From NCBI GenBank assembly GCA_023653055.1, contig JAMNXR010000008.1, positions 4,733-68,732 of the forward strand: 64,000 nucleotides of DNA. The letters are read 5' to 3'. Below are positions 41,696-52,073 of this stretch, one piece after another. A program made the translations under genes and the position numbers. The DNA is from Burkholderiaceae bacterium (GTDB lineage Bacteria > Pseudomonadota > Gammaproteobacteria > Burkholderiales > Burkholderiaceae_B). Each line of letters opens with the position of its first letter. Position 1 is the stretch's first letter. The notes under the pieces are model-generated. The model saw nothing but the letters and a program-made list of their open reading frames with translations. It was not told the origin of the DNA and made no database searches.

Positions 41696-44146
41696 ATGTC
41701 CGGACATCAGACCCTGCCTTCTGAACCAATCAATTTGCCCTTGCTGCCATTGCGCGACGTTGTCGTGTTCCCACATATGGTGATTCCTCTTTTCGTCGGT
41801 CGTCCCCGTTCTATTCGGGCGCTTGAAGCCGCGATGGAAGCAGGCAAGAGCATTATGCTTGCTGCCCAAAAATCTGCTGGAAAAGACGACCCGACACCAG
41901 ATGACGTGTACGAGATTGGTTGTGTTGCAACCATTCTGCAGATGCTCAAACTTCCGGACGGTACGGTAAAAGTCCTAGTCGAAGGGGCGCAACGCGCGCG
42001 CGTGACGAACATTCAGGATGTGGATACGCATTTCACCTCAGAACTCGTGCCCATCGCACCTGATGTCACGGCTGGTGCTGAGATCGAGGCATTACGTAGA
42101 GCGATCGTCAGTCAGTTTGAGCAGTACGTAAAGCTCAATAAAAAGATTCCCCCAGAAATTCTGACTTCTTTGGCCGGTATTGATGACGCTGGCCGCTTGG
42201 CGGATACGATTGCTGCCCATTTGCCTTTAAAGCTAGAACAAAAGCAAAAGATGCTTGAGATTATCTCGACGTCTGAGCGACTCGAGGCTTTGCTGTCGCA
42301 GCTCGAAACTGAGATCGACATTCTGCAAGTCGAAAAGCGTATTCGGGGTCGCGTTAAAAAGCAGATGGAAAAGAGCCAGCGTGATTACTATTTGAATGAG
42401 CAAGTTAAGGCCATTCAAAAAGAACTGGGCGAAGGCGAAGAGGGCGCGGATATCGAGGAACTCGAAAAGAAAATCGAAGCTGCGCATCTTCCCAAGGACG
42501 CACGTAAAAAGGTGGATGGTGAGCTCAAAAAGCTTAAGCTCATGTCGCCAATGTCTGCTGAAGCGACTGTTGTTCGAAATTACATCGACACAGTGATTGC
42601 TTTGCCGTGGCGCAAAAAGAGCAAGGTCAATAACTCGATCCCCAACGCTGAAAGCGTGCTCGATAACGACCATTATGGCTTAGACAAAGTCAAAGAGCGT
42701 ATTCTTGAATACCTCGCTGTCCAACAGCGTGTTGATAAGGTCAAAGCACCTATTCTTTGCCTGGTGGGTCCACCTGGTGTTGGAAAAACATCACTAGGGC
42801 AGTCTATTGCCAAAGCCACAAATCGTAAGTTCATTCGCATGGCCTTAGGTGGTGTGCGTGATGAGGCTGAAATTCGTGGTCACCGCCGGACATATATCGG
42901 TTCGATGCCAGGCAAGATTTTGCAAAATATGTCAAAAGTTGCAGTGAGAAATCCCTTGTTCTTACTCGATGAAATCGATAAGTTAGGTATGGATTTCCGC
43001 GGTGACCCTGCGTCTGCATTGCTTGAGGTATTGGATCCTGAACAAAATCACACGTTCCAGGATCATTACGTTGAGGTAGATTTCGATTTGTCGGACGTGA
43101 TGTTTGTCGCGACCAGTAACACGCTGAATATTCCGCCGGCTTTGCTAGACAGAATGGAAGTGATTCGCCTGTCAGGCTATACGGAGGATGAAAAAATCCA
43201 TATCGCACTGGATCACCTCGTTCCTAAAGTAATGAAGAACAATGGCGTAAAGTCCGAAGAGCTTGTCGTTGAAGAGTCAGCGATCCGTGACATTGTTCGT
43301 TATTACACGCGTGAAGCGGGTGTTCGTTCTCTTGAGCGTGACGTCGGAAAGATCTGTCGTAAAGTTGTCAAGAAACTGCTCGCTGAAAGCGAGGCCAAAA
43401 AGGCTGCAAAGTCTAATGAGCCTATCGCTCAGGTGGTAGTGACCTCTGACAATTTGAGCGACTACTTGGGTGTGCGTCGTTACAACTTTGGAATGGCGGA
43501 AAAAGAAAATCAAATTGGACAGGTAACAGGCTTGGCATGGACGGAGGTCGGAGGAGATTTACTCACGATCGAAGTTGCAGATATGCCTGGAAAAGGTGTT
43601 ATTCAACGCACCGGTTCAATTGGCGACGTGATGAAAGAGTCCGTTGAAGCTGCACGAAGTGTTGTGCGTGCTCGTGCGGCACGTCTTGGGATTCCGGATA
43701 CGGTATTTGAAAAGCGCGATATTCACGTTCACTTTCCTGAGGGTGCTACGCCTAAGGATGGTCCCTCTGCGGGCATCGCCATTACGACAGCGATTGTTTC
43801 AGCGTTGACGCATATTCCCGTTCGCGCAGACGTTGCGATGACAGGTGAGATTACGTTGCGTGGAGAGGTCCTTGCGATTGGTGGACTAAAGGAAAAGCTA
43901 CTTGCAGCGCATCGCGGTGGCATCAAAACTGTTCTGATTCCTGAGGAAAACGTCAAGGATTTGGCAGAGATTCCTGATAATGTCAAAAATCATCTGGAGA
44001 TTGTTCCAGTTCGCTGGATTGATAAGGTCTTAGAGGTGGCGCTTTCTGGTCCGACTCATTCTCTTCCTGAAGAGCCTGTTGTCGCTAAAGAGGTGGTAGC
44101 AAAGCCTGAGGTCGTTGCATCGACAGATCCTGTGATTAAACACTGA
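41696..44146 (+). CDS. lon: Lon protease (LonA)
   Basis: 816 aa, [23 protein letters not shown], Walker [10 protein letters not shown], proteolytic PKDGPSAG. Confidence 0.95.
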   Translation: MSGHQTLPSEPINLPLLPLRDVVVFPHMVIPLFVGRPRSIRALEAAMEAGKSIMLAAQKSAGKDDPTPDDVYEIGCVATILQMLKLPDGTVKVLVEGAQRARVTNIQDVDTHFTSELVPIAPDVTAGAEIEALRRAIVSQFEQYVKLNKKIPPEILTSLAGIDDAGRLADTIAAHLPLKLEQKQKMLEIISTSERLEALLSQLETEIDILQVEKRIRGRVKKQMEKSQRDYYLNEQVKAIQKELGEGEEGADIEELEKKIEAAHLPKDARKKVDGELKKLKLMSPMSAEATVVRNYIDTVIALPWRKKSKVNNSIPNAESVLDNDHYGLDKVKERILEYLAVQQRVDKVKAPILCLVGPPGVGKTSLGQSIAKATNRKFIRMALGGVRDEAEIRGHRRTYIGSMPGKILQNMSKVAVRNPLFLLDEIDKLGMDFRGDPASALLEVLDPEQNHTFQDHYVEVDFDLSDVMFVATSNTLNIPPALLDRMEVIRLSGYTEDEKIHIALDHLVPKVMKNNGVKSEELVVEESAIRDIVRYYTREAGVRSLERDVGKICRKVVKKLLAESEAKKAAKSNEPIAQVVVTSDNLSDYLGVRRYNFGMAEKENQIGQVTGLAWTEVGGDLLTIEVADMPGKGVIQRTGSIGDVMKESVEAARSVVRARAARLGIPDTVFEKRDIHVHFPEGATPKDGPSAGIAITTAIVSALTHIPVRADVAMTGEITLRGEVLAIGGLKEKLLAAHRGGIKTVLIPEENVKDLAEIPDNVKNHLEIVPVRWIDKVLEVALSGPTHSLPEEPVVAKEVVAKPEVVASTDPVIKH

Positions 44147-44159
44147 TTCAGTCATCTTG

Positions 44160-44549
44160 ATGCAAGTGTTTGTTGATGCTGTTCGACTCGATAAATGGCT
44201 ATGGGCTGCACGTTTTTATAAGTCGCGAACTTTAGCCGCCGCAGCGATTGAGGCAGGTCGTATCTTGGTGGCGGATGACCGTGCGAAGCCTGCGCGCTTA
44301 ATCAAGGTAGGTGAGCGGTTAAAAATTAATCGCGAGCAAGAGCGTTTTGAGTTGGTTGTGCGAGGCATTACGGAGCAGCGTAAAGCTGCTCCGCTTGCAC
44401 GATTGCTATACGAAGAAACTCCAGAAAGCTTTTTAGCGCGTCAGACAGTAGCCGAAAACAGACGTTTTTATAGCGAGCCATCTCAGGAAATTGCTGGACG
44501 CCCCACAAAGCGCAATCGTCGAGCATTAGAGCGGTGGAAGGAAAACTAA
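44160..44549 (+). CDS. hslR: Ribosome-associated heat-shock protein Hsp15 (S4 RNA-binding domain)
   Basis: VRLDKWLWAARFYKSR...IEAGRILV is an S4 domain. The ATG at 44160 is preferred over the TTG at 44157. Confidence 0.8.
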   Translation: MQVFVDAVRLDKWLWAARFYKSRTLAAAAIEAGRILVADDRAKPARLIKVGERLKINREQERFELVVRGITEQRKAAPLARLLYEETPESFLARQTVAENRRFYSEPSQEIAGRPTKRNRRALERWKEN

Positions 44550-44550
44550 A

Positions 44551-44571
44551 ACGCCGCACGTGGTGCGGCGT
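44551..44571. terminator. Bidirectional hairpin terminator between convergent hslR and lexA
   Basis: ACGCCGCAC-gtg-GTGCGGCGT (9-bp GC-rich stem), flanked by AAAACTAAA on the left and TTTAAT on the right. Confidence 0.65.
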
Positions 44572-44604
44572 TTAATGGAAGTGGCAAATGATGTATGAGA
44601 ATCG

Positions 44605-45333
44605 TTAGTGCAATGGTGTGTTACGTATAAGGCCCAAAGCGATTCCTTCGACGGAGAAGTCTTGACCGGGTTGAATAACGATCGGTTCAAAATCAGGATT
44701 TTCAGGTAATAACTCGATATGGTTGCCTTGTTTATTGAGGCGTTTGACTGTGACCTCGTCATCAATACGCGCAACAATAATTTGTCCATTCCTGGCATCA
44801 CTGGTCTTTTTGATGGCGAGTAAATCTCCATCCAAGATTCCAACATCTCTCATGCTTAGACCTTTGACTTTTAATAAGTAGTCAGGGAGTTGGTCGAACA
44901 TATTGGGATCGACTGAGATTTCTTTTTCGATATTTTCTGCCGCCAGCATGGGAAATCCTGCAGCGACGCGACCAATAAGAGGGACAAGCATCTGGCCCAT
45001 ATCGGGTAGTTGTTTTAAGCGAACTCGACCGGATCCAGAACGAACATCATTTTCCACACCATCTTGCATGCGTGCAGTTTCTGCTTCGAAGTTTTCCTGA
45101 GTTGTGAAGTCGGAAGCACTTTCGGTCAGTCTGATGCCACGTGAGGCGCCCGCTGTGAGTTCAATCACACCCTTACGCGCTAAAGCACGTAGATGATCCT
45201 CCGCAGCATTGGCGGAGCGAAAACCTAGTTTTTGTGCAATTTCTGCCCGAGTAGGCGGAAATCCGGTGCTGGTCACAGCCTCTCGGATCAAATCTAAAAT
45301 TTGCTGCTGCCGATCAGTTAGTTTGATAGTCAC
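44605..45333 (-). CDS. lexA: LexA repressor (S24 self-cleaving), with an unusually long inter-domain linker
   Basis: [13 protein letters not shown]...[32 protein letters not shown] wHTH, cleavage-site region GRVAAG, catalytic Ser (GLSMRD) and Lys (LAIKK). The GTG at 45333 (GAGAG SD-like upstream) is preferred. The ORF-track GTG at 45357 lies only 11 nt from the SOS box. Confidence 0.9.
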   Translation of the reverse strand: MTIKLTDRQQQILDLIREAVTSTGFPPTRAEIAQKLGFRSANAAEDHLRALARKGVIELTAGASRGIRLTESASDFTTQENFEAETARMQDGVENDVRSGSGRVRLKQLPDMGQMLVPLIGRVAAGFPMLAAENIEKEISVDPNMFDQLPDYLLKVKGLSMRDVGILDGDLLAIKKTSDARNGQIIVARIDDEVTVKRLNKQGNHIELLPENPDFEPIVIQPGQDFSVEGIALGLIRNTPLH

Positions 45334-45367
45334 AGTTAGGCTCTCAGACGTGTGCACATATACAGTG

Positions 45368-45383
45368 CTGTTTTTATATACAG
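45368..45383. promoter_or_regulatory. LexA operator (SOS box) 1
   Basis: CTGT-TTTTATAT-ACAG is an exact CTGT-N8-ACAG with an AT-only spacer. It lies just downstream of a candidate -10 on the lexA strand. Confidence 0.8.
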
Positions 45384-45424
45384 CCTATATTTTGCACCAT
45401 TTATATAAGAATGGCAAATATTAT

Positions 45425-45440
45425 CTGTATAAAAAAACAG
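45425..45440. promoter_or_regulatory. LexA operator (SOS box) 2
   Basis: CTGT-ATAAAAAA-ACAG is an exact CTGT-N8-ACAG. It overlaps the U-tract and 3' arm of the upstream gene's terminator. Confidence 0.55.
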
Positions 45441-45460
45441 CTCCGACCAAGCGAAGCTGT
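45429..45460 (-). terminator. Rho-independent terminator of the aromatic aminotransferase gene
   Basis: Minus-strand RNA ACAGCUUCG-CUUGGU-CGGAGCUGU followed by UUUUUUUAU. The one non-Watson-Crick position is a U-G wobble only on the minus-strand transcript. Confidence 0.8.
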
Positions 45461-45483
45461 TTTACGACTTTTCGAGCAGGTGA

Positions 45484-46689
45484 TTAGTCTTTCATTACGC
45501 TGGCAACGGCTTTGGCGACTACATCAATGTTGTGGCTATTTAAGGCGGCAACGCAGATTCGTCCGCTGCTCACAGCATAAATAGCATGATCTGCTCGTAA
45601 ACGCTCAACTTGAGCAGCACTTAAGCCAGAAAAAGAGAACATGCCGCGTTGGCGCATCACAAAACTGAAATCTTTTGTCACGCCATTTTCAGCAAGCTTT
45701 TCAACGAGTTGTTGTCGCATTAAGCGAATGCGATCGCGCATACCGGCAAGTTCTTGATCCCAAAGGGCAAAAAGTTTTGGGGTGTTGAGTACTGTCGACA
45801 CAATTGTGCCTCCGTGGGTAGGAGGATTAGAGTAGTTGGTGCGGATGACACGCTTGACCTGGCTCAACACACGGTTTGACTCGTCTTGGCTTCCTGTGAC
45901 GATCGTCAGTGCGCCGACGCGTTCCCCGTAAAGTGAGAACGATTTGGAAAAAGACGAACTGATAAACATGGTCATGTCTAGATCGGCAAAGAGTCGCACG
46001 GCGGAGGCGTCTTGTTCTAAACCATCGCCAAAGCCTTGGTAGGCAATATCAAGAAATGGAATGAGATTAGTGTCTTTAATGACCTTGGCAACTTCACGCC
46101 ACTGATCTGTCGTCAAATCCACGCCGGTTGGGTTATGGCAGCATGCATGTAATACGACCACGCTTTGTGCGGGCAGTGCACGCAATCCGTTGAGCATTCC
46201 CTGAAAGTCTAAACCATGCGTTGCCGCATCGTAATACGGATAGTTCACGACTTCAAAACCTGCGCGTTCAAACAGTGCGCGATGATTTTCCCAACTGGGA
46301 TTGCTGATTGCGACCTTTGCATTTGGTACCAATTGCTTGATAAAGTCAGCGCCGATCTTCAGTGCGCCTGTTCCGCCGAGCGCCTGCATCGTCAGAACAC
46401 GACCCGCAGCGATCAAGGGAGAGTTTTTACCGAGCACCAACTCTTGAGCGCCTTTGTTGTAGCCGGCGATGCCCTCAATAGGCAGATAGCCGCGAGCTGC
46501 AGCCGCTTCTACGCGCGTCACTTCAGCTTGATGTACGGCAGAAAGTAAGGGGATTTTGCCGTTGTCATCGTAGTAGACGCCCACACCAAGGTTGACCTTG
46601 TGCGCGCGGGTATCTGCATTGAATTGTTCATTCAGACCCAAGATCGGGTCACGTGGGGCGAGTTCTACGGATTGAAAAAGGGTGCTCAT
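45484..46689 (-). CDS. tyrB: Aromatic/aspartate aminotransferase (class I, AspC/TyrB family)
   Basis: 401 aa, ...DPILGL...VNLGVGVYYDDNGK...SSSFSKSFSLYGERVG (PLP Lys)...RTNYSNPP. Confidence 0.9.
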   Translation of the reverse strand: MSTLFQSVELAPRDPILGLNEQFNADTRAHKVNLGVGVYYDDNGKIPLLSAVHQAEVTRVEAAAARGYLPIEGIAGYNKGAQELVLGKNSPLIAAGRVLTMQALGGTGALKIGADFIKQLVPNAKVAISNPSWENHRALFERAGFEVVNYPYYDAATHGLDFQGMLNGLRALPAQSVVVLHACCHNPTGVDLTTDQWREVAKVIKDTNLIPFLDIAYQGFGDGLEQDASAVRLFADLDMTMFISSSFSKSFSLYGERVGALTIVTGSQDESNRVLSQVKRVIRTNYSNPPTHGGTIVSTVLNTPKLFALWDQELAGMRDRIRLMRQQLVEKLAENGVTKDFSFVMRQRGMFSFSGLSAAQVERLRADHAIYAVSSGRICVAALNSHNIDVVAKAVASVMKD

Positions 46690-46833
46690 TTGAGTTTCTA
46701 ATTAGAGAGAGGCAAGAAGGATAAGGCTTGATTGTAAGAGCTAGAGATTGTCCAAGGCGATATTGAGTCGCACTAATTTTTAATACCACTAAATTTTTTG
46801 GGTGGACGCTCTGACCAACAGGGAACATAATAG

Positions 46834-49095
46834 ATGGTTATCCCGCATCCGAGGGGTTACCCGAATAAGTCTAGCATGGCCTCTAACATTCCACCCAAAG
46901 AAATGTCTGTTCAACCCTCGACAGATCCACTCCCGACTGAGCGGGTTCTAAGTGACGATGCTCTCATCGAGGGCATGTCAGCTCAATCTTTGCCTCCAGC
47001 CATCATGCACGAGGGGATTGCTGCCGCCAGAGTATCGATTCCCGTATTGCCCGCGACGATCTCAACAGGCAAAGAAGAACCTCGTTACGTTGATTATCCG
47101 GATAGTCCTTTTCATTTGTATCAACCTTATCCCCCTGGCGGGGATCAACCTAATGCCATCAATCAGCTCGAGCAAGGCGTTAGAGACGGTCTCATGATGC
47201 AAACTTTGTTAGGGGTAACAGGCTCCGGCAAAACATTCACTATGGCGAACATGATCGCGCGTCTCGGTCGACCTGCGGTTGTACTCGCGCCCAACAAGAC
47301 CTTAGCGGCGCAGCTTTACGCGGAGATGAGAGAGTTCTTCCCCAAAAATGCGGTGGAATATTTTGTTTCTTATTACGACTATTACCAGCCTGAGGCTTAC
47401 GTTCCAACCCGTGATCTGTTCATTGAAAAAGATTCATCGATCAACGAGCATATCGAACAAATGCGGTTGTCTGCGACGAAAAGCTTACTTGAGCGTCGAG
47501 ACACGATCATTGTGGGCACGGTCTCATGTATCTACGGTATTGGTAACCCCTCTGATTATCACGCAATGGTACTGACCTTGCGTGTAGGAGACCGTGTGCC
47601 ACGTCGCGAAATCCTTGCACGCTTGGTGGCCATGCAATATGAGCGCAACGACACTGAATTTACGCGAGGCACTTTTCGCGCTCGCGGTGAAACAATCGAT
47701 ATTTTTCCTGCAGAAAGTGCAGAGTTGGCGGTACGCCTTTCTTTGTTTGATGATGAAGTAGAAAGCCTTGAGCTGTTTGATCCGTTAACGGGCAAAGTTC
47801 GTCAAAAGGTGCCTCGCTTTACTGTTTATCCAGGCTCACATTACGTCACCCCGCGCGATACAGTGATGCGCGCAATCGAAGCAATCAAACAAGAGTTACG
47901 TGAGCGGGTGAAGTTTTTTGTGGATGGTGGTCATCTCATTGAAGCGCAGCGGATCGAGCAACGCACACGTTTTGACTTAGAGATGCTGACAGAGCTCGGC
48001 TTTTGCAAAGGCATTGAAAACTATTCCAGACATCTTTCCGGTGCAGCACCCGGCGATCCACCGCCTACGTTGATTGATTATTTGCCCAGTGATGCGCTGA
48101 TGTTTATCGATGAAAGCCATGTAACGATTGGGCAGCTTGGTGGCATGTATCGCGGCGATCGTGCACGTAAAGAAACTCTCGTCACCTACGGTTTCCGTTT
48201 GCCTTCTGCGATGGACAATCGGCCACTCAAAATGGAAGAGTTTGAAACCAGGATGCGCCAGTGCATCTTTGTCTCGGCAACTCCTGGAAAATACGAACAA
48301 GAACATACGGACAATGTTGTCGAGCAAGTGGTGCGTCCGACAGGCTTGGTAGACCCGATTGTTGAGGTGCGCCCCGCCAGAACACAAGTAGATGACTTAC
48401 TGGGTGAGATCAAACTTCGTGTGGCACTTGAAGAAAGAGTGCTGGTGACGACGCTGACCAAGCGAATGGCTGAAGATTTGACTGACTACCTCGCAGAGCA
48501 TGGGATCCGAGTGCGTTACTTACACTCAGATGTAGATACGGTTGAGCGTGTTGAGATTATTCGCGACTTACGTTTAGGCTTATTTGATGTATTAGTCGGC
48601 ATTAACTTGTTACGTGAAGGTCTTGATATTCCTGAGGTTTCTTTAGTTGCAATTTTGGATGCGGACAAGGAGGGCTTCCTACGATCTGATAGAAGCTTGA
48701 TTCAAACAATCGGTCGTGCCGCTAGAAATTTAAATGGCCGCGCCATTTTGTATGCGGATCGCATCACCGACTCTATGACGCGCGCGATGGGTGAAACTGA
48801 GCGACGTCGCCAAAAACAGCTGGCCTTTAATCAAGAGCATGGGATTGAGGCTCGCAGCGTAAGAAAGGCCGTTCGGGAGTTAATCGATGGCATCGTTGCA
48901 CCCGCTTTTAGAAATCAAGATGAGCCCGAGGTATCGCTTGCTCTGCTCACAGACGAAAAGGCGCTGGCTAAGGAATTTAAGCGTTTAGAAAAGCTCATGC
49001 TTGACCATGCGCGTAATCTTGAATTTGAACAAGCCGCCGCTGCCAGGGATGCTCTAAAGGCGCTTAAAGACCGTGTACTGATGTTTGGCGCCTAA
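46834..49095 (+). CDS. uvrB: Excinuclease ABC subunit B
   Basis: ...[21 protein letters not shown]...[13 protein letters not shown]...DESHV...; C-terminal UVR motif [11 protein letters not shown]. The start is uncertain: the region conserved with other UvrB proteins begins near residue 85 of the ORF, and in-frame Mets lie at 46876, 46903, 46975 and 47005. Confidence 0.9.
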   Translation: MVIPHPRGYPNKSSMASNIPPKEMSVQPSTDPLPTERVLSDDALIEGMSAQSLPPAIMHEGIAAARVSIPVLPATISTGKEEPRYVDYPDSPFHLYQPYPPGGDQPNAINQLEQGVRDGLMMQTLLGVTGSGKTFTMANMIARLGRPAVVLAPNKTLAAQLYAEMREFFPKNAVEYFVSYYDYYQPEAYVPTRDLFIEKDSSINEHIEQMRLSATKSLLERRDTIIVGTVSCIYGIGNPSDYHAMVLTLRVGDRVPRREILARLVAMQYERNDTEFTRGTFRARGETIDIFPAESAELAVRLSLFDDEVESLELFDPLTGKVRQKVPRFTVYPGSHYVTPRDTVMRAIEAIKQELRERVKFFVDGGHLIEAQRIEQRTRFDLEMLTELGFCKGIENYSRHLSGAAPGDPPPTLIDYLPSDALMFIDESHVTIGQLGGMYRGDRARKETLVTYGFRLPSAMDNRPLKMEEFETRMRQCIFVSATPGKYEQEHTDNVVEQVVRPTGLVDPIVEVRPARTQVDDLLGEIKLRVALEERVLVTTLTKRMAEDLTDYLAEHGIRVRYLHSDVDTVERVEIIRDLRLGLFDVLVGINLLREGLDIPEVSLVAILDADKEGFLRSDRSLIQTIGRAARNLNGRAILYADRITDSMTRAMGETERRRQKQLAFNQEHGIEARSVRKAVRELIDGIVAPAFRNQDEPEVSLALLTDEKALAKEFKRLEKLMLDHARNLEFEQAAAARDALKALKDRVLMFGA

Positions 49096-49155
49096 AATTT
49101 AATTTAATGTAATTGAAAACTAAAAGAATCTAACTACATGTTTTCATTGCAGATA

Positions 49156-49199
49156 TTTTTTTTAAATTTCAAAAAAGATTTTAAAAAAACATAAAAAAA
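49156..49199. other. Phased homopolymer A/T tracts (likely intrinsically curved DNA) upstream of the phosphatase gene
   Basis: T8 (49156-49163), A6 (49171-49176), A7 (49183-49189), A7 (49193-49199). Confidence 0.5.
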
Positions 49200-49242
49200 T
49201 ATCTGGACATGTTGCGGGTTTTCCCGCACAATACACACTATT

Positions 49243-49731
49243 ATGACAAAAGTTCTTTTCGTATGCATGGGCAATATTTGCCGGTCGCCCAGTGCAGAAG
49301 GCGTATTCCGCCACCTAATCAATGACGCTGGTCTCTCTGAGGTCGTCGGGATTGATTCCGCCGGTACACATAGCTTTCACGTCGGTGAGGCACCTGATCC
49401 TCGCGCGATTGCTGCTGCCCGAAAACGTGGTTACGAAATCACGCGTGCAGAAGCCCGGCAAGTAGAGCCTGAGGACTTTCATGATTACGACCTGATTCTC
49501 GCGATGGACTGGGAAAACCTGTCTGCATTGCAACAACAGTGTCCCAAACCGCATCACCACAAGCTAATGTTGCTGATGCGCTTTGCTAACGAATTCGAAG
49601 AAGCGACTGTTCCAGATCCCTACTATGGCGGGCCAGAAGGTTTCGGAAAAGTCCTTGATTATCTCGAAGACGCTTGTCAAGGTGTGCTCGAGTTAGTCCG
49701 TAAGCGCGCAACTCAATATCAGGCTGCATAA
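49243..49731 (+). CDS. Low-molecular-weight protein-tyrosine phosphatase (arsenate-reductase-fold family)
   Basis: VLFVCMGNICRSPSAEGVF contains the CX5R(S) P-loop. A DPYYG motif lies near the C-terminus. Confidence 0.85.
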   Translation: MTKVLFVCMGNICRSPSAEGVFRHLINDAGLSEVVGIDSAGTHSFHVGEAPDPRAIAAARKRGYEITRAEARQVEPEDFHDYDLILAMDWENLSALQQQCPKPHHHKLMLLMRFANEFEEATVPDPYYGGPEGFGKVLDYLEDACQGVLELVRKRATQYQAA

Positions 49732-49745
49732 TCGACGTGTGTCCC

Positions 49746-49773
49746 AAAACCGCGCATTGCGCGGTTTTTTTTT
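49746..49773 (+). terminator. Rho-independent terminator after the phosphatase gene
   Basis: AAAACCGCGC-att-GCGCGGTTTT extended into a T9 run. Confidence 0.85.
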
Positions 49774-49811
49774 CGTCTGTTTATCCTGAAAACCAATAAT
49801 GTTTTAAGGGT

Positions 49812-49836
49812 ATACCCAACTAAATTAGTCGGGAAT
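49812..49836 (+). promoter_or_regulatory. IscR type-1 binding site A
   Basis: ATACCCAACTAAATTAGTCGGGAAT matches 23/25 positions of ATASYYGACTRWWWYAGTCRRSTAT (consensus recalled from E. coli work). Confidence 0.7.
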
Positions 49837-49841
49837 TAGGT

Positions 49842-49866
49842 ATACTTGAGTTTATTAGTCGGGTAA
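49842..49866 (+). promoter_or_regulatory. IscR type-1 binding site B
   Basis: ATACTTGAGTTTATTAGTCGGGTAA matches 22/25 positions of the same consensus. It starts exactly 30 bp after site A and 40 nt upstream of the iscR ATG. Confidence 0.65.
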
Positions 49867-49905
49867 GTCTTTAAACACTTAAAGTTTCTTCAAAAGGATA
49901 CTGTC

Positions 49906-50433
49906 ATGAGGCTCACTACAAAAGGTCGCTTTGCCGTCACTGCCATGATCGATCTGGCGCTCCGTCAACAAGGCGGCCCCGTCACATTGTCGGCTATCAG
50001 TCAGCGTCAAAATATCTCGCTTTCTTATCTCGAGCAACTCTTTGGCAAGCTTCGCCGCCATGAGCTCGTTGAAAGTGTGCGCGGTCCCGGCGGTGGATAC
50101 ACGTTATCCCGCCTAGCGCGCAACATTACGGTTGCGGACATCATTTTTGCTGTGGATGAGCCCATTGATGCCACGAACTGTGGGGGTAAATCCACCTGTG
50201 ATAGTGGTACAGATGGTAAATCTGGTATCTGTATGACGCATGAGCTGTGGTCAACGCTCAACCGCAAAATGGTCGACTTTTTAGATTCAGTGTCTCTTCA
50301 GGACTTGGTTGACCAGCAACGCTTGCGCCAGATCCAGGAGGCCAGTAAAGCCTCCGGAGCCGGCGTGCGCGTCAACGTTGTCGGCACAACTGGCTCCGCA
50401 CTTTCACCAGAATCCGTTTCGATTAGTCTTTAA
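49906..50433 (+). CDS. iscR: Fe-S cluster assembly transcriptional regulator IscR (Rrf2 family)
   Basis: [19 protein letters not shown]...[15 protein letters not shown]...GPGGGY, with three clustered Cys (..NCGGKSTC...GICMTHELW). Confidence 0.9.
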   Translation: MRLTTKGRFAVTAMIDLALRQQGGPVTLSAISQRQNISLSYLEQLFGKLRRHELVESVRGPGGGYTLSRLARNITVADIIFAVDEPIDATNCGGKSTCDSGTDGKSGICMTHELWSTLNRKMVDFLDSVSLQDLVDQQRLRQIQEASKASGAGVRVNVVGTTGSALSPESVSISL

Positions 50434-50453
50434 AAATACTCAGGAGTTCTAGC

Positions 50454-51665
50454 ATGTCCACACGTCCTATTTATTTTGACTACTCGGCCACGACACCCGT
50501 CGATCCGCGCGTGGTAGAAAAGATGATTCCTTGGCTCTATGAGCATGCGGGCAACCCTGCCTCGCGTAGCCACTCGTATGGCTGGGAGGCCGAAGAGGCC
50601 GTTGAACACGCTCGCGAACAAGTTGCCGCGTTGGTCAATGCTGATCCGCGAGAAATCGTTTGGACTTCAGGTGCGACAGAGTCAAACAACCTCGCCATCA
50701 AAGGCGCGGCGACTTTTTATGCCGAGCGCGGCAAACATGTCATCACAATCAAGACCGAGCACAAGGCGGTGCTTGATCCTTGCCGTGAGTTGGAGCGTCA
50801 GGGTTTTGAAGTCACCTATTTAGATGTTCAAGAAAATGGCTTGATTAGTATGGATGCACTAAAAGCGGCCATTCGTCCTGATACGGTGCTGATTTCAGTG
50901 ATGTTCGTTAATAATGAAATTGGTGTGATTCAGGATATTGCTGCGATCGGTGAGTTGTGCCGTGCCAACAACATCATTTTCCATGTGGATGCAGCCCAAG
51001 CCACAGGTAAAGTTGCGATCGATTTGCAAACACTTAAAGTCGATCTGATGTCTTTCTGTGCTCATAAAACCTATGGTCCCAAAGGAATCGGTGCGTTGTA
51101 TGTGCGCCGCAAACCACGGATCCGTATCGAAGCACAAATGCACGGCGGTGGCCATGAGCGAGGTTTTCGCTCAGGGACGCTTGCTACGCACCAGATCGTT
51201 GGCATGGGCGAGTGTTTTGCTCTGGCCCAGCAGGAAATGGGCACTGAAAACGAGCGTATTCGCATGTTGAGGGATCGTCTGTGGGCGGGTCTTTCACAAA
51301 TCGAAGAGGTCTATCTGAATGGTGATTTGGACCACCGTGTACCGCACAACCTGAATGTTAGTTTCAACTACGTTGAAGGTGAGTCTTTGATTATGGCGAT
51401 CAAAGAGTTGGCGGTTTCGAGTGGCTCTGCGTGTACTTCAGCGAGTCTGGAGCCTTCTTATGTGTTGCGTGCACTCGGTCGTAATGATGAGTTGGCACAC
51501 AGTTCTATTCGTTTCACAATCGGACGTTTTACGACCGAAAAAGAGATCGATTTTGCTGTCGAGTTACTTAAAGCACGTGTGGGCAAACTACGCGATATGT
51601 CGCCTCTTTGGGAAATGGCCAAAGAAGGTATTGATTTAAATTCAGTTCAGTGGGCCGCCCACTAA
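50454..51665 (+). CDS. iscS: Cysteine desulfurase IscS
   Basis: [15 protein letters not shown]...[12 protein letters not shown] (PLP Lys)...[21 protein letters not shown]. Confidence 0.95.
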   Translation: MSTRPIYFDYSATTPVDPRVVEKMIPWLYEHAGNPASRSHSYGWEAEEAVEHAREQVAALVNADPREIVWTSGATESNNLAIKGAATFYAERGKHVITIKTEHKAVLDPCRELERQGFEVTYLDVQENGLISMDALKAAIRPDTVLISVMFVNNEIGVIQDIAAIGELCRANNIIFHVDAAQATGKVAIDLQTLKVDLMSFCAHKTYGPKGIGALYVRRKPRIRIEAQMHGGGHERGFRSGTLATHQIVGMGECFALAQQEMGTENERIRMLRDRLWAGLSQIEEVYLNGDLDHRVPHNLNVSFNYVEGESLIMAIKELAVSSGSACTSASLEPSYVLRALGRNDELAHSSIRFTIGRFTTEKEIDFAVELLKARVGKLRDMSPLWEMAKEGIDLNSVQWAAH

Positions 51666-51687
51666 ACGCACAGGTTGGAGAATACAA

Positions 51688-52071
51688 ATGGCATACAGCG
51701 ACAAGGTCTTAGACCACTACGAAAATCCACGCAATGTTGGTACCTTCGACAAAAGCGATGATCAAGTTGGCACGGGCATGGTGGGCGCGCCGGCCTGCGG
51801 CGATGTAATGAAGTTACAGATTCGTGTCAATGAAGCAGGTATTATCGAAGATGCTCGCTTTAAAACCTATGGTTGTGGCTCAGCCATTGCCTCGAGCTCT
51901 TTAGTCACAGAATGGGTAAAAGGCAAGACCTTGGACGAAGCATTGACGATCCGTAATACGCAGATCGCCGAAGAGCTGGCGCTGCCTCCGGTAAAAATTC
52001 ACTGCTCGATTCTTGCCGAAGATGCGATCAAGGCAGCCGTCGAGGACTACAAAAACAAACACACAGGATAA
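51688..52071 (+). CDS. iscU: Fe-S cluster scaffold IscU
   Basis: [18 protein letters not shown]...[12 protein letters not shown]...[12 protein letters not shown]...LPPVKIHCS. Confidence 0.95.
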   Translation: MAYSDKVLDHYENPRNVGTFDKSDDQVGTGMVGAPACGDVMKLQIRVNEAGIIEDARFKTYGCGSAIASSSLVTEWVKGKTLDEALTIRNTQIAEELALPPVKIHCSILAEDAIKAAVEDYKNKHTG

Positions 52072-52073
52072 TC

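Noticed and set aside
46690-46833. SOS box or DARS-like DnaA-box cluster upstream of uvrB (by analogy with E. coli)
   Set aside because: No CTGT-N8-ACAG and no TTATCCACA-like 9-mers were found by eye in this spacer.
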